Shown here piece by piece: positions 22,183 to 33,752 of a stretch of DNA of 35,820 nucleotides. The translations under genes and the position numbers were made by a program. Source of the stretch: Hyphochytrium catenoides (taxonomy: Eukaryota; Protista; Hyphochytriomycota); contig FLMG01001900.1 of NCBI GenBank assembly GCA_900088475.1, positions 1-35,820 on the forward strand, given 5' to 3'. The notes below the pieces were generated by a model, which saw nothing but the letters and a program-made list of their open reading frames with translations, made no database searches and had not been told where the DNA came from. How positions within the stretch are numbered: the stretch's first letter is position 1; each line of letters opens with the position of its first letter.

Positions 22183-23966
22183 CTATGGACGTTCTTGACT
22201 GTCCACATCTACGAAGACGGGATAGGTTCCATAGCGCGGGGTGGATGTGATAGGCTCACACTCCTCTGCAGCACACAAGAGAGAGAGAGAGAGTGAGCAT
22301 ACCATGCAGGAGAAAAGAAACGTGGAAGACTCGCCTCACTGAGAGCAAGACGGGAAGACCGGAAGCAGATGGCGGGCCGTCAAAATGGAGGAAACACAGC
22401 GAGAGAGAGAGAGAGGATACGCGTGAAAACCAGATGAGTCTCAACGAGGAGAAGAGGGAGAGAGAGAGACACACCTTCGGTTCCCCTGTTCACAATCTCG
22501 TCCTGGCGGCTAAGCATGGCGATGGCGGCTCCGAGGCTGAGGAGAGAGAGAAGCCCTGCCACTAGACCAAAAGCTTGGATAAGAGAGAGATCCGCACCCT
22601 TCAGAGTTCCCTGCTGACCTATCGCGATGTCCAACTGGGTTGCAGAGTAGCGAGAGAGCTTCGTAAGCGGCTTTTCCTTCTCGTTTCAACGTCTCTTTAG
22701 ATTCTTTCTTGTGCTTCTATTCCTCTAACACACTCTCTCTCTCTTTGTGTGCTCTGCGTCCTTCTCTCTCTCTCCCTCCCCTCTTTCACGCTCCCTATCC
22801 AGGGTTGTTCCACCTGTTCTCTAGATCAACTCATCCCTCTGCTGCCTCTCTTCTTCTTTCACTCGCTGGGTGTATTCACCTCTCGTCGGAGGTCAAGCTC
22901 TCTCTCTCTCTCGTTCTCTCTCGCTCTCTTTCTCTATCTCTACCACACACACACTCTCTCCCTCTCCCCTTTAGATCTCTCTCTCCCTTGCGCTCGACGG
23001 CCTATTCCTCAGCACTTACCCAATACATAGCCATTTCCAGGAGATGCAGAAAGAAGACGAAGAGAGCTCCAGTTACGCAGCCCAGCTAAGATGAAGGCGG
23101 CGGGAGAGAGAGAGAGAAAGGCTGAGGAGCCAACGGCGAGAGAAAGAGAGAACGAGAGAGATGCGCTCTTCTCTTAACGAAACACAGGGACAGATAGGGG
23201 ACAAGGAAGAGAGAAGAGCGAGCGGAAGCATTTTTGGAAAAGAGAGGATCACGGTGTCAGAGGAAGAAAAGGCCAAATGAGAGAGAGATAAATTCGAGGG
23301 AGAGATACGAGAGAGAAGGAAAAGAGAAAGAGGGAAGAGAGAGAGAGAAGATCTTTGACAGGAAACTAACATCAAAGTGGGTCGCTCCGGTGGACGCAAT
23401 CCGAGTAGCAAAGACGTTGAAGATAATCAGACAGACGCCGGTCACTACCGCGTTAAGACGGTTCCTATGGCTCTGGAGAGAGAGAGAGAGAAAGAAGAAA
23501 ATAGCGGAGAGGACCTGTTGGAGAGAGATGAAAGAGTGAGAGCAGAACGCTTAGTTCAAAGAGCCTAGGAGACAGGAGCGGACTCAAAAGAGAGAGATAG
23601 AGAGAGAAAGAGAGAGAGAGAAGGCCGGGAAGAATGCACATCAGCAGATAGACACCAAGGAAAAAACTAGGGACGAAGAAGTAGAGAGAAAAGAGAGCAA
23701 GAGGAAGTAAAGAGGGATAGTGAGCTACTGAGGGAGAGAGAAAGAGAGAGAAGAGAAAAAGAGCGAGAGGCGCGAGGAGCCTGAAGCAGAACGACCCAAC
23801 AAGATATGGCGTTGGAGCAGAGGGAGCGATAGATAAAGTTGCATGTCTCCGAGAGAGAGAAAGAGAGAGAGAGAGAGATGTGAGATGAGACAGGTTGCTT
23901 CCCTCCATAGAGAGATGATGGTCTTCCTACCGTACAGCCTTTGAGGAGAATCGCCAGCGGCTTCAT
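22183..23966 (-). CDS. Small multi-pass membrane protein of unknown family (5' exons uncertain)
   Basis: In-frame exons ...VVTGVCLIIFNVFATRIASTGATHFD|LGCVTGALFVFFLHLLEMAMYW|LDIAIG...AFGLVAGLLSLLSLGAAIAMLSRQDEIVNRGTE|EECEPI...QERP*, with stop at 22183-22185. The ATG at 23966 is tentative. Confidence 0.6.
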
Positions 23967-24117
23967 ACTTTCACCCGAACAAAAGAGAGATAGCGAGAGA
24001 CACTGGGAAGAGAGAGAGAGAGAGAGAGACTCTAGAGACGTGGACAGACACACCGACGCCCACACAGAGAATGAGAGAGAGAGAGAGAGTGATTGAGCGA
24101 AAGAGAAAAAGAGAGGA

Positions 24118-24202
24118 TCTACGGATATCTGTCTTTCACGAGAGAGACAGTCGCGAGGCATCGCCTCATCTTACAGAGAGATGCAGGGGAGAGAGAGTCC
24201 TG
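24118..24202. repeat. Dispersed 85-bp element, copy B
   Basis: Ungapped match to 10481-10565 in the same orientation. Confidence 0.9.
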
Positions 24203-24664
24203 ACAACAGAATCAAAAGAGAACAGGCAAGGAGGATAAAGGAGAGGTACTGAAGACGGAGTTAGCGCGCGGGCGAGAGAGAGAGAGAGAGAGGGGGAAAA
24301 GAAAAGAGAAAAGAAAGAGTCTAGAAGGAGACACGAGTGGATAGCTGCACTCTCCGCTCCTATATATTGTCTGACCACTCCAGGGAAGGAGAAACTCATC
24401 GGACAAGCTCGGGATGATCTTTTGTAAGTCTCTGTCTGCAGATCTAGAGAGGAATGACCGGTGGGGGGGAGAGGGTAAGAGAAGGGAATAGGGGAGAGAG
24501 ACCAAGCCAAGCAGCAGAGGAACAGAGGACAGAGAAGAAACAGACAGGAAGAGGGAAGAGTTGAGCTTGAAGAGAAGACAGCAGATTCGGAGGGAAATAG
24601 TGAGCTAGAGACGAAGAGACAGTAAGCAAGCGAGAGCGAGAGAGAGAGAGAGCGAGAGCGAGAG

Positions 24665-24788
24665 NNNNNNNNNNNNNNNNNNNNNNNNNNNNNNNNNNNN
24701 NNNNNNNNNNNNNNNNNNNNNNNNNNNNNNNNNNNNNNNNNNNNNNNNNNNNNNNNNNNNNNNNNNNNNNNNNNNNNNNNNNNNNNNN
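24665..24788. other. Assembly gap (124 N)
   Basis: Run of n directly after an (AG)n/(GAGAGC)n tract. Confidence 1.
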
Positions 24789-25776
24789 GAAAGGAAACAA
24801 AGGCAAGTGCTTGGATTCTGATCCTGCTATAGGTGCAGCTGCAATATCGAAGTCGTCAGTTATCAATTTGAGAGCCCAGACCGATCTAGTTAACTAAAGA
24901 CCTAAGTTATCAGTGTGAATGGCAAGTCCCGTTATTTGAAGCATCGAAATATTTTGGCTGAGAGGAGCCGTCATGCTCCCATGTCGGGAGAATATCTTCT
25001 TCTCCAGCGCTAGAGAACCTGCACATCCTGTTGAGGCAAGAAAGGCTATTGATGTACAGTACCAACCATTATTGACCCACCCACCCGGCTTCTCCTCCAA
25101 TCTCATAGACTAATGTTCAATGTTGCGGCAAGTTTGACTCATGAAGGAATCAAAATAGCCTTTTTTAAGCTAACCTAAGGCCATGTTTTTCTGTCGTTAA
25201 AGTTTCTTTTCCAAGATGGACGTTTGTTTCGCATCTTTATCCCCTTCCCACGCCAGCTTCATAAACTCGAACTGGAAAGTAATGAAATAAGCAGGAAGGT
25301 TTCAAATAGAGCTGTTTGGCTAACATTTAAAATTGAAACATTCGCTGCAGAATAGCTTGCGGGATTTAACGCCAGCTTTCCCTTTGTCCTCCTTCCTCTC
25401 CTTCACAATTTTGGCGGTGCCTTAGTTTCTGTAGTTCGGAGTGTGCAACGGCCAGCATCCTTGAAAGAAATAAACGTTGAAACATCTGGGGAAGGATTAG
25501 TGCTTACTACTGTCTGTTAGAGATAACGGACGGCATAAAGTTTCTTGAAACATTCAGTGGCGGTTGGGATCAAATGTTCCTTTTCTTGTTCCTACCCTCT
25601 CTGTGTCTGGCTGGGGTTTGCGGTGGGCGGCAGCGCCACACGAGATATATGTTGTATAGTATTAACGCTGGTGATCATGAAGGAACGGGAGACAGATTAG
25701 AATAACCGAGATGGTTTGTGTGCGAGGAGTGAGACAGAAAGAGACGAGAGAGAGAGAAGAGAGAGAGAGAAGAGAG

Positions 25777-25812
<36 letters not shown>

Positions 25813-26348
25813 GAGGGAAAGAGAGAGAGAGAGAAAGAGAGACTTAGAGACCAAATCCTTTTACATTATTAGTCCTTCAATCGTCATTGGAAACATCGCG
25901 AAAGTAGAGGTAGAGAGAGAGAGAGAGAGAGAAAGAGAAAACGAGAAAGAGAGTCGGAGACACTGAAAGTTGCCCTGTCTGATCCGACTCTGCGGTGGGC
26001 AAGCGGCCGTTCTCAATGCAAGAGAGAGTCAGTTGGAAAGGAACCATTGCGGGCCTAAGGCGGCGAGCTGTTGATCTTCTGTTGCCATCGCTCTTCTGAA
26101 GCTTCAATTGTCCCGTCACGCAAGCCTTTGAGATCTCTGTCTCTTCCCTTTCCGCGTCTCCATCGCTTCTTCAGAGAGGGAAGACAACGAACGATCTAGC
26201 TTCTTCCACCAGTCTCTCTCTCTCTTTCTCTCCGCTATCAGAATGATTGAGATCGGCACGGGCGATAGTTTGGTGGTGGCAGGGATGTCTCCTGTTCACA
26301 AGTTGGGGCCGCGGAGAAACTCTTCCTTTCTTCGGTTCCGCGAGAGTG

Positions 26349-26630
26349 ATGAGAAGACTCGCAAGAGTAGCGGCAGCGGGGCAATGGAAGAGTCAGAGAC
26401 CGAGAGCAGTGAAGGTTAGAAGAAGCTTTTCCGTCTTTCTGCCTCCTTTCTCCTTCTTCATCTTGTCGTCTTTCTTTTCCTCTCTCTCTCTCTCTCTCTC
26501 TCTTCTTGACCTCTTTTCTGCTCGCTTTTACTGGGATGACATGCGGGCTGGCTGTGAAGCATTACTCGCTTCCTCTTGGTTGCCTGCACACAATCCTGCT
26601 GACTTTCCACAGTGAGCGTTTCCCTTTTAC

Positions 26631-26690
<60 letters not shown>

Positions 26691-27753
26691 CTCTCTCTCT
26701 CTTTTCTCTCTCTAGAATGCGCACCCTCTTCCGCTCTCTTTTTCTTCCTTGAGCGGCGATATTCTCTAGAGTTCCTTAATCAACTTCTCTCTAACGAGTG
26801 TTTCCTCTCTATCTATCTATCTATCTCCGTCTCTGTCGCTCTGCCATTCTCTCTCTCTCTCTTCTATTCACTCTTTCCCGCTCATGCACAGGCCCCAGCC
26901 CTCCCCAGACCCCTGTCCAGCGCTTCAGTAAGCGGCGCTTCATCCGGGAAATGTCGCTAAAGATGTTTGAGAACACGCGAAGCATGGCCTTCAGCGCCTG
27001 GCGCGGGCTGTACAGACAGAGAATCAGACAGATTGAAGAAACCTTAGACACTAACCATTCTGAGGCCACGATAGATACGTCTTCGTCCTCTCTTGGAAGA
27101 CATGCGGAAGAGAAATATCAGCAGGGGAACTTTTACGCTGTGAGAGTGGACGATCCGACCTCTTTCTTCTCTAACAGACAGAGTAAGACGCTAGAGGACG
27201 TCGTGAGCTCGTCTGTGAGAGAGAGAAACAAGTTCTTTCTCACTCGTATCACGGATCCGACCTCTTACTTCTTCAAGTACCGCATGGACACTCTCCCGAT
27301 CCCCAACCCAAGGAGAATGAAGGTGGAACTGGTGCAGATTGACTGGTTGAAGCCACATGAGCAGATTGTTAGTGATGAGAAGGTGCGACCATACGTCTCT
27401 TTCTTTATCTCTTTCTTTCTCTGTCTTTCTTCTCTCAGCCTCTCTCCCCCTTTGCCTCGGTCTTACTTTATCCTCCTCGATAGTTCTCATCCGTGTGCCA
27501 TACCTCGGGCCTGTCGTTCACTTATTATGAGCTGACAACTATGTTTGCTCTTTAGATGTATCACTTTTTATCTCTTCCTTTTCACTGTGTCTTTCGCATA
27601 TGACTCGTTTAGTCTCTCTCTCTCTCTTTCCTCTCTCTCTCTCTCTCTCTGTGTGTGTGCGTGTTTCCGTCGCCATTTGGCTTGGCTGGATGCTGGTCTC
27701 GATAATAGTTAAGATTCGGGCTAATCGGCAGAAAGTAATGCTAACGTTCTTTT

Positions 27754-27789
<36 letters not shown>

Positions 27790-28150
27790 GGTCGTGGGTC
27801 TTCTCCGCGCCACAATCTCGTGGGGCGCCTATACCAAGCCCATCCTTGTTGATAAAAAGACAGGCGCCATCCTGGACGGGCATCATCGCTACACTGTCGG
27901 GCAGAAACTTGGGCTGAAGCGCGTCCCCGCGGTGCTGGTGGATTACCTTGAAGACGACTCAATCAGTGTGGATGTATGGCCTAACTGTGGACTGGATGCC
28001 ATCACGAAGAGAGACGTGATCGAGATGTCTCTCTCTCCTCATGTCTTCCCTCCCAAGACCAGCAGACATCAGTTCTCGGATGAGATGCCGCCTATTAGAG
28101 TTCCGCTGGAGACATTGAGAGCGCAAAATGAGGTGGTTATGGTGGCCTAA
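26349..28150 (+). CDS. ParB/sulfiredoxin-fold protein resembling SerK/SbnI L-serine kinases, with N-terminal extension, about 299 aa
   Basis: Exons 26349-26414 (tentative), 26909-27382 and 27791-28150. Domain from 27317: VELVQIDWLKPHEQIV...YTKPILVD...ILDGHHRY...LGLKRVPAVLVDY...VDVW...ITKRDVIEM...VFPPKTSRH. Confidence 0.85.
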
Positions 28151-29072
28151 AATTAGAGAGATAAAGAAAGAGAGAGAGAGACAGAGAGGAAATGAGAAAT
28201 GAAGGGTGAGACCTGACACAGGAGGAAGGACAGAGGAGGGAGAACAAGGGAAGGGAAGGGAAGGGAAGATGGTGCATTTTTGATTTGTGAGAGAAAGGCG
28301 GCGGAATATTTATTACGTGTCTCCATAGTGCCGAAGAAGAAACAACATGTTCCTCTTTCTCTCTCTTCAGACGCGGAGCTGCTTTTTTACAAAGCTTCAC
28401 CATGCAGAGAGAGAGAGGAAAGCACGGCGAGAGAGAGAGAGACAGAGAAAGAAAGCTAGGCTAGGGTTGTCTATACGTCTACTTTATAATTTACCAGCAT
28501 TCGTTCGTTCAGAGAAGAACTTTTCTCTCTTCCTCTCCCTCTCTCTCTCTCTTTGTGTCTCTCTCTGCCCTGGCCGTCTCTCCCTCTCTTCACCTTCTTC
28601 TTTTATAAAGACGATCTCCTCTTCCAATTGAGCTGAGTCTTTCCTCTCATTTTCTTGATGATTATGCGTGTTGGGCCCTCTCCAAAGGTTGGAGGTTGTT
28701 GGTCCACCGGCGAGGGAGACACAAAAGGTCTGGGAGTGGACTCATCAGCCTGTTTGTTCGTCCCCAATTCTCTCTCTCTACCACGTCCTCTCGTTCTCTC
28801 TTTCTCACTCTTTCTTTTTCTGTCTCTCTCTGTCGCTCTCTTTCTTCTCCGCCTCTCTCACTTTGATTCCCCCCAGTCCCTCGGCATCGCAGGGCTAAGC
28901 GAGAGACAGAGACTGGGAGAGGAAGAGAGAGTGAGAGTAAATCAAGGCTTGGACCCCTTTCTTTCGTTCTCTCTCGGCCTCCCCATCTCTCCACCTGTTA
29001 TTTCTCTCAAAAGAACGCGTTTTTTGACCTTCCCACCATCTTACACTGTCGGTGTTTGAAGCTGAATCTCTG

Positions 29073-29130
<58 letters not shown>

Positions 29131-29329
29131 CCCTCACTTGCACCTTTTCCCTCTCATGCGCTCCTTCCCTCTTCAGATCTATCCTGTCATCCCTTTCTGT
29201 GTCCCTCTGCCTTTCTTCTCCTGCGAATCGCCATCCCTGAATTTCTTCCCTATCGACTGGTAGATGTTTTTCTGACCATGTGACAGCACTGACCTACGAC
29301 AACTCGTGGTTATTCTCCCTCCTTGCTTA

Positions 29330-29361
<32 letters not shown>

Positions 29362-29466
29362 GTCTCTCTTTCTTTCTCTTCCTCTCTGTCTCGGCTTAAC
29401 TCTTTCTGCCTCTATCAGGCGGTCTCTCAAATCTCGGGGTCTCGACTCTTTCAACTCTTGTTTCTC

Positions 29467-29518
<52 letters not shown>

Positions 29519-30366
29519 TGACATGCAACATTGATCGGCTGAACTCTCTTTATTATTTCCATGTTGGTCAGCCAAACGCCGAGCTGAAAATAAGCAATCT
29601 CATCGCTTCTTTCTCACCCGCGACCACTCTCTCTCTCTCTCCTCCTCTCTGTCTCTTCGTCCCTCTCGCGCTCTTGAGCATCCTTGTCCTCCTCTTTTCT
29701 TCCAGTTACGTGGTTCTTCTCTCCCAATCTCTCCATCTCCTCCACACCGTTACTCCTTCTGCGGTCTTTGGAATCGTCCCCGCTGGAGAGAGAGAAGCGT
29801 TACTACGCTGAGAGAAGAGACAGCTGACAAGAGTGCGGGTGGCGGACAGTCCAAAAGCAAGAGAGACAATGTCCTGGTCAGTAGAGAGTGACGGCCCAAT
29901 AATAAGGAGAGGGAAAGATGGTGATCAGAAGAGAAACAACCAATTTCTCTCAAGAAGAGGATGAGACATATAGCAAGGAGAGAGGGAGAGAGAGAGAGAG
30001 AGAGAGAGAGAAAAGAGAGAGAGAGGCGGCGATGACTGATTCTGATCGTCGAAAGCTTCGGTCCCTGTTGTCCACTGTACAAAATCAATACAAGAATGAC
30101 AGAATGGCATTTATTTGTGACTATAGAGTTTTGATTCCAAATAGCACATGTCGTACCCTCTCAGCACAGAAAGAGTTTATCCGCTCTTCTTCGATAGTCT
30201 CACTACTCTTTCGATCGATAACTATATCTAAAGCTCACTCTTTCTCTTGTTTGTAATTGCATTAAGGCCCTAGTGTCCATACCTCTCGCCTCTCTCTGTC
30301 TATTTTGCATATACCCTCTTTCTCCATGCTTCCCCTTCTCTCGCTGACTCCACACATGGCCTCTCC

Positions 30367-30400
<34 letters not shown>

Positions 30401-30473
30401 TTGTCATTCCTTCCTTTCTAAACCTTGGCACTCTGTTCTTTTCTCTCTCTCTCTCTCTTTCTTTCTCTCTCCC

Positions 30474-30509
<36 letters not shown>

Positions 30510-30632
30510 GCTGTCCAACCCACCTCATCCCGCACTCTGTCTCATTTTGGCTAGCGCAGCCTCCTCTTTTGCCAATCATTGAGTGGCTCTCACTAATGCC
30601 CCGCATTTCCTCTTTCTCTCTCTCTTTCGTTC

Positions 30633-30665
<33 letters not shown>

Positions 30666-30793
30666 TTGCCTGGTCTCACATTGGCACATCTGTCTCTCAC
30701 ACTTGACAATCGAAGCAGAAGAGCGCGACAGGCTCTGAGGAAAGTGAGTTCTTTCTGTGGACTGTGAAGGGAGAAGACGACTGACAGAAAGAA

Positions 30794-30835
<42 letters not shown>

Positions 30836-31289
30836 CTTTCTTTCTCCTTTCTCTCGCCCCATTTCTCCCATTCAACACCATGACAAGACAAGAAACAGAG
30901 AAAGAGAAGAGGAGACTGTGAGGGAAGAGAAGCACCAGAGAACGAGCATCAGAAGCAAATCTTCAGTGCGATCGCGCTTCAAAGCTTCAGAAAGCTCTGG
31001 GCGTAGAGACAGAGTAACAAGAATAGATAGCGAAGGGACAGCGAGAAAGAGAGAAATAGAGAAAAGGAAGGAAAAGCAGGCAACTAGTCTTTTCTTCCGC
31101 ATGGAGAGGCCGTACGGAGCTTAATAGGGAGGCCTGCCTCTCTCTCTCTCTCTCTCTCTCCCCTACACAAAGAGAGATTTCCTAGGAGGAACTCTTCCAC
31201 CTGGCATCCCCTTCTCCTCTCCCCTCGCTTTTCTCTCTCTGTTTTCTTTCTCTCTCTCTCTCTCCCCTCTCTCTCTCTCTTCCGCTTCG

Positions 31290-32078
31290 ATGACGCTAAA
31301 ACGCGTGAAGACCTGCTGGGATCTCTCCTCACTTACTTCTTCGCTTGAGGAAGTGAAGACAGGAGAGAGAAACATCGGAGAAAGAGAGAGAGAGGGAGCT
31401 CGACAGAATAGCAAGTCCTCCTCTCTCCTGGGAGGAGGCAAAGAGGTGACGGTCCATGTCATCTCTCTGGCTCCCAGGCGGTGCCTCAGCGTGGGAACCA
31501 TGACTCTGGCGAGAGAAGAGACAAAGGGAGAAGAAGGTCTCTCTCTCTCTCTCCCTCAAAAAGGAGAGAAAGAGAAAGCTCGACCAGAGCAGGAAAAACA
31601 TGGCGAAGAGAAGACAGCCTCAGTCGATCTTTCTTCTCTTCCTCCTCCGCCTTCTCTCCTCTCTCACCGGCCTCCAGAGCTCTATTTCATCTCTCCCGAA
31701 AACGAGGAAGGAGAAAGAGGAGAAGAGAGAGAAATCTCTCTCACTCCGTCGGCCCTGTCTTCCTCTCTCTCCAGGGAGAGACGAGGCAGAGCTCAGTCCA
31801 TGATGCCGACCATTAGCCCCAATTGTCAGGGTTTCTCTCGGGAGAGAAAGCTCTCTCGAAAGTATGAAGAGACCAGAGAAGAAGAAGAGAGAGAGGAAGA
31901 GAGAGAAGGAGAAAGAGGAAAGGGAAGACACTCTTTCTTGAAGAGGACAAAGTATCGCCATCGCTGTGAGAGTGCCGTCGTCGGAGAGAAACACTGGAAC
32001 GTCCGCTTGGCGGCGGAGAAGAGAGAAGAAACGATGGCAGCGTTAGGAAGAAGCTTAAACCTTGCGTTCAACCCGTGA
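31290..32078 (+). CDS. Hypothetical low-complexity protein (262 aa)
   Basis: ATG-initiated 789-nt ORF with non-repetitive segments (HRPPELYFISPENEE, RGRAQSMMPTISP, YRHRCESAVVGEKHWNVRL). No family recognised. Confidence 0.5.
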   Translation: MTLKRVKTCWDLSSLTSSLEEVKTGERNIGEREREGARQNSKSSSLLGGGKEVTVHVISLAPRRCLSVGTMTLAREETKGEEGLSLSLPQKGEKEKARPEQEKHGEEKTASVDLSSLPPPPSLLSHRPPELYFISPENEEGERGEEREISLTPSALSSSLSRERRGRAQSMMPTISPNCQGFSRERKLSRKYEETREEEEREEEREGERGKGRHSFLKRTKYRHRCESAVVGEKHWNVRLAAEKREETMAALGRSLNLAFNP

Positions 32079-32898
32079 GAGAAGAGAGAGAGGGAGAGAG
32101 ATAGACTGTGTCTTCTCTCTCCCTCTCCTACGTCCGTATGATTCTCTCGCTGTCTTCATGGCATGGAGGACACAACGGAATCATGCAGCTGTGTTTTTCG
32201 AAAAGAAAGAGAGACAAGCCAGGACCCCTCGCCCGTAGGAGAGAAAGAGACAGCTTTATGTCTCTCTCTTCGATAAGCTGCTGAGTCCTCTCTCTTAACA
32301 CGTCATACTGATATGTCTCTCTCTTTCTCAGTTGCTCTCCCTCTCTCTCTCTCCCTTTCTCTTCAGTTTTACATCAGCGCTCACGAAGGGCAATGTTTGT
32401 TCCTGCTACTGAAGGGCAAGGATAATCGAGAGAGAGAGAGAGAGTGACGGATAGCTGTCAATCAAATTAAAGGGAGCGATGAAGCTCGCTTGGGATGAAG
32501 TAGAACCTTTGCTCAGTGGAGAGAGAGAAGAAGTCACAGCAGTTTTCTCTCTCTCTCTCTCTCTCTGTGTTTCCTTCCCGTAGTGCCCCCCTGACACCAG
32601 GCAAATAGATCTACTAATAATTTGCTGAAGTAAACCAGAACCACTTACAAAAAAGCACGCAATGTCTTCCCTCTCTTTCCATCTCTCTCTCTCTCTCTCT
32701 CTTGTCAACTCCGCAAGAGGCAGCTAGCTCTCTGCTTAGCGCTAGACATATGACGAGAGGGCGAGAGATGTCCCTCGTTCTGGTTACACGATGATAGGAA
32801 GAGAGATCTCCTTCTCTCTCTCTCTCTCTCGCAAAAGTCTCGCTTTGTCACAGGCAGGGGCTCTTTCTCTCGCACTATCAAGAAAAGAAGAGAATTAA

Positions 32899-32930
<32 letters not shown>

Positions 32931-32960
32931 ATGGAGAGGGCTTCCGAAGTTGTTCCCACT

Positions 32961-33466
32961 TTAGAGTGCGTCAACAACGAGCTCGGTGGAATGCATGCTG
33001 GGAGAGACTCCTCTTCCTCCTTCGTCTTCTGCCTCCATCTCTTCTCCCTCTCCTGCTAACCGTTCTGTGTCTCTCTCGTCCTCGTTCTCTCTCTCTCTCT
33101 CTGGAGCAATTTTCATTGTTGTTTCGTCACTGTTCAGGAGAGGAGCCTTCTCGGCGTGCTGTTTACCTTTCCTCTTTCGTGGACTGGGCATACTCTCTTC
33201 CTCTCTTTCCGGCTCTCTCTCTTCATCTTCCTCATTTCTCTCTCTTCCCTCATCTCTCTCTCTCTCTTCTCTCTCTTCTTCTTCTGCTGCCATGTATTTC
33301 TTAGCCTCTCTCCCTACGATGAAGGCAGACAGAGCCACAGAGAGAGCGCCAACGACAAGAGAGAGAACTCCATGGAAAGAGATGTGCCCTCCCTCCAGCG
33401 CGTGGATAAGTTCCTCAGCTTCTGAACCCACAGACACCCAGAGAACAGTGAAGAAGAAGCCTTGGA

Positions 33467-33528
<62 letters not shown>

Positions 33529-33721
33529 CGTTAGTGAGGTGATGTAGCGAAGGGAACCATTTTATCAAAACACAGAGAGCGACAGAAAACGGAGGGAGTG
33601 AGAGAGACATTGGATGGAGTAACTCAGAGAAAGGAGGAGGGGAGAGAGAAAGAGAGAGGTAAAGAGAGGGAAGGAGACGGTTAGAAGAAAGAAATGGAAA
33701 TAGGGGGAGGGAGAGAGAGAA

Positions 33722-33752
<31 letters not shown>

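Noticed and set aside
27317-28150. ParB domain as a plasmid/chromosome partition gene or bacterial contamination
   Set aside because: There is no HTH, parA or parS, the gene has a typical host CT-rich spliceosomal intron, and its motifs fit the SerK-like branch.
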